From Acidimicrobiales bacterium (GTDB lineage Bacteria; Actinomycetota; Acidimicrobiia; Acidimicrobiales; VFJN01), in assembly GCA_035296625.1 (NCBI GenBank), contig DATHAO010000055.1:8410-72409 (forward strand): 64,000 nucleotides of DNA. Reading direction: 5' to 3'. The notes beneath the pieces were generated by a model that was given only the letters and a program-made list of their open reading frames with translations, had not been told where the DNA came from and made no database searches. Below, in pieces: positions 10,301-17,709 of the stretch. A program made the translations under genes and the position numbers. How positions within the stretch are numbered: the first letter of the stretch is position 1; every line of letters starts with the position of its first letter.

Positions 10301-13284
10301 ACCGTCGGGCCGACCGGTCCGACCGGGTCGTGGACGATGGGCGTCCCGCGGGTGCCTTCGACCAGCGGGCGGAGGTGACCGGGGGTCGGACCAGCCCGTT
10401 CGGCAGGACCTCCGGCCCCTCGCCGACGAACCCGGAACACGACGACCCCTCCTCGCCGTCGCGCCCGGTGAACGGCCGCATCGGTGCCGGGGAGCCAGCC
10501 GCTGATCGTCCCGGGTCGTCGACCGCCGCTCGCGCGGCTGACGGGCGGGCCACGTCGGCCACCGACGAGGGGTCGCCTGCGGGCAGCCCGCCGACGTCGT
10601 TGCGGACGCCGGCCGATGGCGGCCCCAGCGGTCGCGGTGGTTTCGGCTCCAACGTGAGGGCGCCGTCCGGCGCCGTCCCGCCTGCCGCGCGCAGTGACCG
10701 CACGCCGCCGCCCGCGTCGTCCGGTCATCGCTCGACCACGCCGGCCGCCCCGACCGCTCGTAGCCCGGCCCCTCCGCCCGCCGACTCCGCCCCGCCCGAC
10801 CTGGCCGCTCGTGGCCCGGTCCGGCCGCCCGCCGACCAAACGGCCCCGGCCGCCCCGGACGCTCGTGGCCCGGTCCGGCCGCCCGCCGACCAAACTGCCC
10901 CGGCCGCCCCCGACGCTCGTGGCCCGCTCGGGCCGGCTGCCGACCCTGCCGCCGAAGGCCAGGGTCCCGCCGCCGGTATGGGCGGCGCCGCTGGATGGGC
11001 GGGGTCGCCGGAGTCCGCCGCGGGTACGGGGGCAGAGGACCGACGGGCAGTGTTCGCCGACGGCACCCCGTCGCCGTTCGGCGAGCCGCCGGGGTACGAC
11101 CCGGACGCCACGATGGCCATGCCCGGACTCGACCCCGGCGACGACTTGCCCCGCCTGCCCGAGCGGCCGACCGGCCAGTCCGACGACTTGTGCCGCCTGC
11201 CCGAGCGGCCGACCGGCCAGCCCACGGCACCGGCGGCCTCTGCGCCGCCCAGCGGGGCGGCGGCCGCCTTGCGGCGGAGCGCAGCACGGTCCGACGCCGA
11301 TCATGCCGCGCCGCCGTCGGATCTCCGCCGACCCGCCGCGCCGGCCACCCCGACCTCCTCGCCGGCCGCGCCGACGTCCGCGCCGGCGGCTTCGCCGGCC
11401 GCCCCGGCCCCTGAGCGTCGCGAGGTGGCGCCGGCGCCCCGGCCCCCGGCCGCGCTCAACGGGCGGGCGGCCACCAACGACCCGTTCGGCGGCCTGCGCC
11501 ACGGCGTCCAGGGTGATCCCGGCGATCGCCGCTCATCCTCCGCCCCGGCACCTGGGGCACCGATCGAGCGAGCTGAGGCTCCTCCCGGCGCCTCGGAGCG
11601 ATCGGCCTCCTCACCCGAGATCGCCCGACCGGCCCCGACCGCGGCCGCCGATCGGCATGCCGCCGACAGCACGCCGTACGGCGGTGACCGCCTGGGCCCC
11701 CGTCACCTGGCGGGTGCGTCCTACGGCGCCCGCCCGCCGACCTCGGCCCCTCGCCCAGGCGACGAGGGGCCGGCCTACAGTGCCGGCCCGGCGCCGGACG
11801 AGCCGGCGTTTGGCGCGCCCGTGCGGGACGGCCGGGACGAGCGCCCTGCCAACGGTGCCGGCGCGGCGCCGGACGAGCCGGCGTATGGCCCGCCCGTGCG
11901 GGACGGCGAGGAGCGCTCCGCCTTCGCCGCGGGCGCACCGTCGGGATCGCCGCCCGCCGGCCCGGCGCCGGTCCGGCCGTTCGAGCCCGGACGTACGGCC
12001 GACGGGCGCCCGCCCACCCCGCCGCCGAGCCCGAGGGACGCCGGTGGACCGGCTGCGGACCGCCCGGGCCACGGACCGGCCGACGACGACCAGCCTGCGC
12101 CCCCGCGCCGCCGCCTGGGTGGTGGGCGCCTCGTGGCCGCCGCCGGTGCGCCCGAGGCACCGCCCATCCAACCCGTGCTGAACGGCACGTCGGGCGCCGG
12201 GCCGCACCGACCGGCCGCCGAGCGATTCGAGGTGAGCGACGGCGACCCGGCCGGGGAAGACCGCGACGAGGTGGAAAGCAGCCAGATGGCAGTGGGACCG
12301 ACCGAGTTCGGCCGACCGGACAGTTCCCCTTGGCAGGAGATCGGCGGCGCCGACCCGCCGCCCGGCGGAGTGGACTGGCGGACGTCGATCCCCCGTGAGT
12401 TCGTGGCCCGCAGTTCGCCCGCTAGGCGGCCGACGCCCGGTGCCGGCCCGCTGACCGGTCCGGCCCCGGCCGGTCCCCGCGACGGCCCGGCGACCTCCGC
12501 CGGACGACCCACCCTCGAGCCGCCCGGCGCGGTCGCCGCCGGTCGTGGCCCCGCCGTCGACGCACCGGGTCAGGCGGCGCACGACCCGGCGCCGGACGCA
12601 CCCGGTCCGACGCCCGCAGATCGCGGCCCGGTGCCGGACGAGCCGGGTCGGGCCCGGATCGCCCGGCCCTCCCGCCCGCCCGGCGGCGAGGCCGGGCCCG
12701 TTGCCGGTGGGTCGCCCGCCGACGGCCTCCTCGACCGCGACGCCGGTGACCACCGGCCGGGCGCGCACATGGCCTCGAACGTGGTCCCACGGGCGTTCGT
12801 CGCCGGCAGGGCCGACGCCCGGAGGGACCGCGACGAGCCGCCGTCCGTCGAGGGCTGGACGCCCAGCGACGAGGGTCTCGGCGCCGGGTCGCATCAGCTG
12901 GGCCGGCCCGGCGGCGAGCCCGCCGGTCCCGTTCAGCCGGCCGCGCCGGTCGCGGGGACCGGCCCGGCCGACCCCGGCGGGGACGCCGGCGCCACGCCGC
13001 CGTCGGCCCTCCCCGCGCGGCTCAACGGGATCAACGGGATGGCAGGCAACCGCCGCGATCTAGCCGAGGGCGGCCCATGGAACGAGCTCGACCGCGAGAT
13101 CGCCCGGGCGGTGGCCGCCACATTGGCCGCCAAGTTGACGCGCTATGTGAACCCGAACCTGCTGCCGCTCGTCGCCGACGAGCTGGGGCGGACGTTCGGC
13201 GGCGCCCGCGACGCCGCGCCCGCCGCGCCCGAACGTCACGGAGCGTCGGACACCGATCGCTTCGGCTACGACACCGGCCACTGA
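7324..13284 (+). CDS. HelD/UvrD-like superfamily-1 helicase (first ~670 aa) continuing in frame into a ~1,300-aa low-complexity Pro/Ala/Ser/Gly/Asp-rich tail
   Basis: The N-terminal segment is SFYIGKDAVWNDENEIVVVNWQAPIAAPFY. Walker A is VVQGGPGTGKTQ, the DEAQ box is IVVDEAQDLSP, and the C-terminal helicase motifs are EAAKGLEFDGVVVVEP and LFIAMTRCTQRLALV. The ORF has no stop until 13284. Third-position GC stays high in this frame at the points I read codon by codon (9421, 10741, 12001). The GTG start at 7324 is uncertain. Confidence 0.7.
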   Translation: MPGPAQRLRHAAERAVHPDIRREQDYFDRALALHERQRPHSPGVDPDADARVLDQLRSRLAVFPQVDAAEGVAFGRIDAEGESFYIGKDAVWNDENEIVVVNWQAPIAAPFYTASAADPEGIDARRAYRCRANRILDIDEEVFTGIARAVAQGRGPVVSDTLLDALGETRSGALRDVVASIQRDQYDVITRDPDQVLVVQGGPGTGKTQVGLHRVSWLLHNHRDRIGPGDVLVVGPNPAFVRYISTVLPALGDQATVQLPITALGPRVRIGRTDPPELRRLKGDRRMLRVIVSGLRNRQRIETRPIDLKVDRRIVRLDGTRVAARARQLSARPHNEAFRELRAFLLAEARAHLAGRASRNGDDREPDVRGEATRAVDDYLAQAWPTLTPQAFLVDLLSSPVQLTAAAAGLLTDDEMALLAIPADVRVGAWQWSAHDVALLDAADVLLNGAPATFEHIVVDEAQDLSPMQLESIRRRSRSGSMTLLGDLAQGTSPWARASWEEVALHLKRDRVPTEIVELSTSYRLPAEVHEVAMRLLPSIAPHLEAPVAVRETGYGVEVTEAADLAEATIEAVHRLLDVGMVGIVVPARHRARVAAALERADLAWTPELRGGSAPIVLLSAEAAKGLEFDGVVVVEPALIMTESERGLRTLFIAMTRCTQRLALVHSDPLPVELGTIDPAPSPRRVTSLLPPEPDEPDEPSPSPYSSYSSPFSSSGASGQSVPSSSVSSSSGASARSLPSSSDRSRSPGGAGAGPTPSRPPTPRSASRVSSSDGPGPGAPASSGLFGSGVGSSGSFGSGAESSEWSDSSASGSFGPDAGSPAGASPARDRSTDGGAGSSGRPVPGDDRSVGVFGRPADELDRGTGVDERPGPNDDPSAGSSGAGVESSDPAAGSSDRSAGWSDRPAGSSDRATESIRPAGSSDRAAESDPAGSSDRAAESSDRSAGSSDLAARWSDRSAGSPDNGGAEDPSSGAGSAGGHRVGASGRSTPADDRRADRSDRVVDDGRPAGAFDQRAEVTGGRTSPFGRTSGPSPTNPEHDDPSSPSRPVNGRIGAGEPAADRPGSSTAARAADGRATSATDEGSPAGSPPTSLRTPADGGPSGRGGFGSNVRAPSGAVPPAARSDRTPPPASSGHRSTTPAAPTARSPAPPPADSAPPDLAARGPVRPPADQTAPAAPDARGPVRPPADQTAPAAPDARGPLGPAADPAAEGQGPAAGMGGAAGWAGSPESAAGTGAEDRRAVFADGTPSPFGEPPGYDPDATMAMPGLDPGDDLPRLPERPTGQSDDLCRLPERPTGQPTAPAASAPPSGAAAALRRSAARSDADHAAPPSDLRRPAAPATPTSSPAAPTSAPAASPAAPAPERREVAPAPRPPAALNGRAATNDPFGGLRHGVQGDPGDRRSSSAPAPGAPIERAEAPPGASERSASSPEIARPAPTAAADRHAADSTPYGGDRLGPRHLAGASYGARPPTSAPRPGDEGPAYSAGPAPDEPAFGAPVRDGRDERPANGAGAAPDEPAYGPPVRDGEERSAFAAGAPSGSPPAGPAPVRPFEPGRTADGRPPTPPPSPRDAGGPAADRPGHGPADDDQPAPPRRRLGGGRLVAAAGAPEAPPIQPVLNGTSGAGPHRPAAERFEVSDGDPAGEDRDEVESSQMAVGPTEFGRPDSSPWQEIGGADPPPGGVDWRTSIPREFVARSSPARRPTPGAGPLTGPAPAGPRDGPATSAGRPTLEPPGAVAAGRGPAVDAPGQAAHDPAPDAPGPTPADRGPVPDEPGRARIARPSRPPGGEAGPVAGGSPADGLLDRDAGDHRPGAHMASNVVPRAFVAGRADARRDRDEPPSVEGWTPSDEGLGAGSHQLGRPGGEPAGPVQPAAPVAGTGPADPGGDAGATPPSALPARLNGINGMAGNRRDLAEGGPWNELDREIARAVAATLAAKLTRYVNPNLLPLVADELGRTFGGARDAAPAAPERHGASDTDRFGYDTGH
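9991..10212 (+). repeat. Degenerate tandem repeats encoding about 8 copies of (P)AGSSDR(A/S) inside the helicase tail
   Basis: The unit ccgccgggtcgtcggatcgcgcc recurs with variations. The translation reads PAAGSSDRSAGWSDRPAGSSDRATESIRPAGSSDRAAESDPAGSSDRAAESSDRSAGSSDLAARWSDRSAGS. Confidence 0.8.
10807..10914 (+). repeat. 54-bp (18-aa) tandem repeat, 2 near-identical copies plus a diverged third copy downstream
   Basis: Copy 1 is 10807..10860 and copy 2 is 10861..10914. They differ at 2 of 54 positions and encode ARGPVRPPADQTAPAAPD. Confidence 0.9.
11140..11223 (+). repeat. 42-bp (14-aa) tandem repeat x2
   Basis: 11140..11181 and 11182..11223 are near-identical. They encode DDLPRLPERPTGQS and DDLCRLPERPTGQP. 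Confidence 0.9.
11781..11907 (+). repeat. 75-bp-period (25-aa) repeat x2
   Basis: The 52-bp cores at 11781..11832 and 11856..11907 differ at about 4 positions. They encode AGPAPDEPAFGAPVRDG and AGAAPDEPAYGPPVRDG. Confidence 0.85.
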
Positions 13285-13289
13285 GCCCG

Positions 13290-13334
13290 GGAACCGTCCG
13301 GCGCCCGAGCGGCCGGAACCGTCCGGCGCCCGAG
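13290..13334. repeat. Perfect 20-bp direct repeat x2 (ggaaccgtccggcgcccgag) with a 5-bp spacer, in a convergent intergenic gap
   Basis: The copies are at 13290..13309 and 13315..13334. A degenerate third copy starts near 13339. The repeat lies between the helicase stop (13284) and the stop of the PEP-utilising gene (13346). Confidence 0.9.
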
Positions 13335-13345
13335 GGGTGGGACCG

Positions 13346-15139
13346 TCAGACGGGCGGGTCGGGCGGCGCCGGTCGGCTGATCCGGACGGTGCCGGCGGCC
13401 GCGTCGACCTCGACGTGGTCGCCGGTTCGGACGGTGGCCACGACGTCCGGGACGCCCACGACGGCGGGGAGCCCCGACTCGCGGGCCAGGATGGCGGCGT
13501 GGCTGAACAGGCCGCCGCTCCCGGTCACGACGGCCGCCACGATCGGGAACAGGGCGTTGTACGACGCCGTCGTCGTCACGGTAACCAGGACGTCACCGGG
13601 CCGCAGGCCCTCCAGCGCCTGGTCAGGCCCGGTCGCGACGAACGCCCGCCCGGCGGCCGTGCCCGAACCGACGCCTAGCCCACGCAGCGTCCCCTCGCCG
13701 GCGGGGTCCCGGCCCGGGGCGTCGCCCGCCGGACCGACCGACCCGTCGGTCGACGCCGCCGCGAAGTACGCCTCCTGCGCCGCAGCGAGCGTCGCCACGT
13801 GGACCGGGAGGGGCGGCGCGCTTGCGTCCGCCCGAGCGGGCGCCGCGCCGAGCTGGACCGGCGGGTCGGCAAGGGCGGCACGCGTCCGGCGCTCCGCCCG
13901 GGCCGCCAGCACGGCCCCGTCGACGTCGGAGGGGGCGGCCGCACCGGGCGCATCAACGCGGTCCCGGGTCGGGGCGGTGACGAGGGCGGCGATCTCGTCG
14001 GGCGTCGCCTCGAACAGGTGGTCGGCTGCCGCCAGCACCCCGGCGGCGACGAGCCGGGCGCCAGTCTCCCGCACGGCTCGGCGCACGAGCCCCAGAGGCC
14101 ATGTGAAGCACAGCGCCCCGTCGTCGTCGCGCAGTTGGTAGCAGAGGCGGGCGTCCGCCAGCAGCTCGTCGAACCGGTCCCGTTCGCCGGCCGGCACCCG
14201 CCGCCGCACGGCCTCGACCGCCGCCTCCTCCGGCGACGGACCGCCCGCCGCCTCCCGCGTCGGGCCGGATCCACCGCCGGGCCGGACCGATCTGCCGACG
14301 TCGGCGCCCGCGGTGACGTCGGCAGCCGCCGGGGGCCGGGTGAGGCGGGCGATGATCGAGGCGACCACCAGGTCGGGCCGCTCGACCAGCGTGGGTTCGC
14401 ACAGGTCGTGGCCGTGCACGAGCCGGAGGCCATGGTCGCCGAGGTACCCATCGAGCGCCTCGGCCGCCGCCGGCGACGCCACCCGCACGTCGGCGAGTGT
14501 GTGCAGGTCCGCGGGCGCCGCACCGGCCTCGACCAGCGCGTCGGCGATGCGGTCCACGTGGCCGGCGGCGGCCGCGGAAGCCGGTGACGCCCCGCCGAGG
14601 AGGGCGACGACCTGGCCCACGTCGAGGCCCCAGCCGTCCGCCGCCTGGACCAGGAATCCGGCGGCGACGCCGATGCCCAGGTGCTCGAAGTGCAGCGCCC
14701 CCACGTCGGCGGCATGGGCGACGACCCGCTGGAGGTGCGTGGCCAGCGCCGGGCCGCCGAGCGAGGCGGGGTCCTCGTCCTGCAGCGCCCGGTTGGTCGC
14801 CACGACGGCCGGGCGCTCGGTCGTTGTCCAGCGCCCGACCTCGGCGCGCCAGCCCCGAGTCTCGAGCGTGACCCGTGCCGTGTCGTCGAGACCGGCGAGC
14901 GCCACCTCGCTGGCGAGGGTCCGCGGGCCGGGGGAGTAGTAGAGCCAGCCGTTGACCGCGCCCCACCGGGCATCGCGCGGCGGCAACCCCAACCGCTCCG
15001 CGCCCCGCCGCCACCCGAGGGTCATGGGCGGGAACAGCGCTGCGAACAGACCGCTCACCGGCGACGGGAAGTGCTCGCGCGTCAGCCACCAGACGCCTTG
15101 GCCCGGAGGGTCCCAGGTCAGCCGGTCGCCGTCGTCCAC
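13346..15139 (-). CDS. PEP-utilising-enzyme mobile (swivel phosphohistidine) domain protein without a recognisable ATP-grasp domain
   Basis: The C-terminus GDVLVTVTTTASYNALFPIVAAVVTGSGGLFSHAAILARESGLPAVVGV is the classic PEP-utilisers mobile domain with the catalytic His. I chose the GTG start at 15139 (VDDGDRLTWDPPGQGVWWLTREHFPSP) because the upstream part of ORF 13346..15712 is Arg-rich and overlaps the TetR gene. The start remains uncertain. Confidence 0.7.
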   Translation of the reverse strand: MDDGDRLTWDPPGQGVWWLTREHFPSPVSGLFAALFPPMTLGWRRGAERLGLPPRDARWGAVNGWLYYSPGPRTLASEVALAGLDDTARVTLETRGWRAEVGRWTTTERPAVVATNRALQDEDPASLGGPALATHLQRVVAHAADVGALHFEHLGIGVAAGFLVQAADGWGLDVGQVVALLGGASPASAAAAGHVDRIADALVEAGAAPADLHTLADVRVASPAAAEALDGYLGDHGLRLVHGHDLCEPTLVERPDLVVASIIARLTRPPAAADVTAGADVGRSVRPGGGSGPTREAAGGPSPEEAAVEAVRRRVPAGERDRFDELLADARLCYQLRDDDGALCFTWPLGLVRRAVRETGARLVAAGVLAAADHLFEATPDEIAALVTAPTRDRVDAPGAAAPSDVDGAVLAARAERRTRAALADPPVQLGAAPARADASAPPLPVHVATLAAAQEAYFAAASTDGSVGPAGDAPGRDPAGEGTLRGLGVGSGTAAGRAFVATGPDQALEGLRPGDVLVTVTTTASYNALFPIVAAVVTGSGGLFSHAAILARESGLPAVVGVPDVVATVRTGDHVEVDAAAGTVRISRPAPPDPPV

Positions 15140-15474
15140 GCCGTCAGTCTGGCGCCGTCGACGCCACGAAGGGGGCCCGTTGGGCACCTCACACCACCCT
15201 CTTCGCCACGCTGGGCGACATGGCCGATGTTGCGGACCACCTCGACGACGACGAGGGCGACGAGTCCCTCGATGCCGCTTCCGTGCCCCCCGTGCGGCTC
15301 CTTCTCGGCGGGCCGGCCAGTAGCGGGTCCACCCGGGCGTCACCGGCCGCGTAGGGACGAGAACGACCGGCCGCCCCTTGGTTTCGGCCCGGGCGCGACG
15401 CGGGCCCACCGCCGTCAGCGGCAGGCCGGGATGCCGGTCGAGGATCAGCGACGCGCCCGTCGCGACCGCTGCGA

Positions 15475-16095
15475 TCAGTCGGTGAACTTGGAGGTGGCGT
15501 ACTCGCAGGTGACGCGCCACCCCGTCTCGGGGTCGAGCTGACCGGCGAGGCACAGCTCGACGTTCGCGAGTGCGAAGCCGAGCATCCCAGCGCTCGCGGC
15601 CACCACGTCGTCCGCCGGCCCCGACATCGCCATCAGCCCGGCGAACTCGGAGGAGATCTGCACGCGGGTGGCGATCGCCGACGCCTCGACCGTCTCGTCG
15701 TGCGCGACCCACGGATCGCGGAACAGCAGCCGGTACGCCGGCGGGTTCTCGTCGAAGAACCCGAAGAGTGCCGCGAGGAGGTGTTCCATGCGGGTACGCG
15801 GCGAGAAGGGAACCTTGGCCGCCTGACGCAGGCGCTGCTGGAACTCGGTCAGCAGCTCCTGCATGACGCTCACGAACAGCTTAGCGCGCCCCTCGGGGAA
15901 GTAGTGGTAGAGCAGCCCCTTCGAAACCTTCGCGGCGGAAGCGATCTCTGCCAGACCAGAGTCGGCATAACCCGATGAGGCGAAGACTTCACGGGCAGTG
16001 GCGACGATTTCAGCACGACGGGCATTCGGGTTCTTCCGGACCCGCTTGACCGGCCTGTCGCCGCCGGCATCGGCCGCGGCTGTGGCAGAAGTCAT
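15475..16095 (-). CDS. TetR family transcriptional regulator
   Basis: HTH region RRAEIVATAREVFASSGYADSGLAEIASAAKVSKGLLYHYF. The ATG at 16095 (MTSATAAAD) was chosen from within ORF 15475..16413. Confidence 0.85.
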   Translation of the reverse strand: MTSATAAADAGGDRPVKRVRKNPNARRAEIVATAREVFASSGYADSGLAEIASAAKVSKGLLYHYFPEGRAKLFVSVMQELLTEFQQRLRQAAKVPFSPRTRMEHLLAALFGFFDENPPAYRLLFRDPWVAHDETVEASAIATRVQISSEFAGLMAMSGPADDVVAASAGMLGFALANVELCLAGQLDPETGWRVTCEYATSKFTD

Positions 16096-16109
16096 TTCGC
16101 AAGGGTAAT

Positions 16110-16136
16110 CGATGTGCGCCGATCGCGGCAACATCG
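16110..16136. promoter_or_regulatory. Inverted repeat CGATGT-N15-ACATCG, candidate TetR operator
   Basis: The sequence cgatgtgcgccgatcgcggcaacatcg lies 15 nt upstream of the TetR start codon on the minus strand. Confidence 0.4.
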
Positions 16137-16487
16137 GGCCAATATGTGGGCGAGTTATTGACGCTCGCGACGAAATACCCGCCCACAACGATCGGCGGCA
16201 CGCCCCACGGACCACCCCGAGAGCCCCATCGATGTCCGAGGACACGGGGGAACCTGTCCTCGTCGGTCCCTGCCGGGGGCCGTGGCCATCCAACGGACGG
16301 CCAGCGCGGGGTATCGCGGTGTCATTGCCAAGACCACGTCGTGCAGCGAAGTAACCTCTGTCCGCGTCACCACGTTCCGTCAGTGCGAACGAACTTGGTT
16401 CGAGTACAGACATTCGGGACGTACAGGTTTCGTGAACGTACGCGCTGGGCTATTGTGCATGGACAGCAGGTGTCGAGGGGCGGAGGG

Positions 16488-17345
16488 ATGATCAGTCCGT
16501 ACGTACGTCGATTGCGCCTGGCGGCGGAGCTGCGAGCCCTGCGAGCGGAGGCCGGGCTGACGCACGAGCAGCTGGCCAAACGGATCGGCCAGAGCCGCGC
16601 GCAGATCTCGCGCCTCGAGAACGGCCACGTCGTCGACCAGGACGACGTCATGCGCATCCTCGAGGCCCTCGGGGTCGACGACGACCGTTGGACTCAGATC
16701 ATGACGATCGCCCGCGAGGCGGGCGAGCGCGGATGGTGGGAGTCCAACAAGGCCATGGGGGACCGCCAGGCGCTCTACGCCAACCTCGAGGCCGGGGCGC
16801 AGACGATCCGAGAGTTCCAGATGACGTTCGTGCCGGGCCTGCTCCAGACCGCCGGCTTCACCCACGCACGGGTCGACGCCGACGCGGCCAGCGGCTCGAT
16901 CGGCTACATGGCCGACAAGGCGATCGAGGCCCGCATCGGTCGCCAGCGCATGTTGCGCCGGCCGGGCGGGCCGACCTACGAGGTCATCATCGACGAGCTG
17001 GCGGTCCGCCGGAGCGCCGCACCGCCCGAGGTGGTCAAGGCACAGCTCTACCACGTGGCCGCCACGGTCAACGGCAGCCGGAAGATCACCGTGCGCATCC
17101 TTCCGGTCGACGCGCAGATCGCCGGATACTCGGTGCCCCGCTCGGCATTCTCCATCTACACCTTCACCGACCCAGGCGATCCCACGGTCGTGGCGGTCGA
17201 CACGGTCACCGACGACCTCATGCTCACCGATGACGCCAGCGTGAAGCGCTACGACGAGCTGTTCGGCCGGTTGCGCGACGCCACCCTGCCCGTCGAGCAA
17301 GGCCTCGAGCTCCTCATCGACACGGCCAAGTCGGTCAGTCCCTAG
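16488..17345 (+). CDS. XRE-family HTH regulator with DUF5753-type C-terminal domain (WhiJ-like)
   Basis: HTH LRAEAGLTHEQLAKRIGQSRAQISRLENG. The C-terminal region (FQMTFVPGLLQT...) is typical of the actinobacterial XRE proteins that pair with DUF397. The ATG at 16488 is preceded by GGAGGG. Confidence 0.85.
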   Translation: MISPYVRRLRLAAELRALRAEAGLTHEQLAKRIGQSRAQISRLENGHVVDQDDVMRILEALGVDDDRWTQIMTIAREAGERGWWESNKAMGDRQALYANLEAGAQTIREFQMTFVPGLLQTAGFTHARVDADAASGSIGYMADKAIEARIGRQRMLRRPGGPTYEVIIDELAVRRSAAPPEVVKAQLYHVAATVNGSRKITVRILPVDAQIAGYSVPRSAFSIYTFTDPGDPTVVAVDTVTDDLMLTDDASVKRYDELFGRLRDATLPVEQGLELLIDTAKSVSP

Positions 17346-17662
17346 GGGACTAAAAGCCACGAGCGGTGGTCGCGGCGCCGCTGAGTGATGCCACGAGACC
17401 CTGGCGAAAAGGTTGCTATAGCGAATCATTGAAGTCAGCTCGAAAAAACCATGTGGCTGCCGACACCTCGGTCGTCGGGACCCTAGCGACCTGTGGGCAG
17501 GGCGGAAAGACGGCCCTGAGCAGGAGAAAGCCCCCGCATGCCGGGTCGGCGGCAATGTTCGCGGGCCCGCTCACCGCCGCGCGTCCCGAGAGAATGCTCC
17601 TTGCGGTACGTGGTCGTACGCGAGAATATGAGCACGTTCATAAAGTCTGGGCGGTCCAGATT

Positions 17663-17679
17663 CACGTGCTGAGCATGTG
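17663..17679. promoter_or_regulatory. 17-bp near-perfect palindrome CACGTGCT-G-AGCATGTG upstream of the DUF397 gene
   Basis: The arms match at 7 of 8 positions. A related half-site (gagcacgt) lies at about 17630. The palindrome sits 31 nt upstream of the ATG at 17710. Confidence 0.45.
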
Positions 17680-17709
17680 GCTGGTCAATTCGAGAGGAAC
17701 CACTGTCAA

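Noticed and set aside
8985-11502. Three long minus-strand ORFs (8985..10703, 9278..11287, 9508..11502) antisense to the helicase tail. One of them also reads as an acidic Ser/Asp-rich protein.
   Set aside because: Two are extreme Arg/Pro/Gly junk. The third mirrors the plus-strand repeats, but its 3' end runs antisense through the bona fide helicase domain and yields nonsense there. The plus frame is contiguous with the helicase and has the better third-position GC. Strand assignment of the tail should still be verified experimentally.
9991-11907. The possibility that the tandem repeats are a CRISPR array or a minisatellite outside genes.
   Set aside because: The repeats are head-to-tail with no unique spacers. 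Their periods are multiples of 3, and they lie inside an open frame with coding-type third-position bias.
15140-15712. N-terminal extension of ORF 13346..15712, which would give 788 aa.
   Set aside because: The extension is Arg-rich, overlaps the TetR gene end, and lies upstream of a GTG that begins the conserved-looking WDPPG...HFPSP segment. I trimmed the CDS to 15139.
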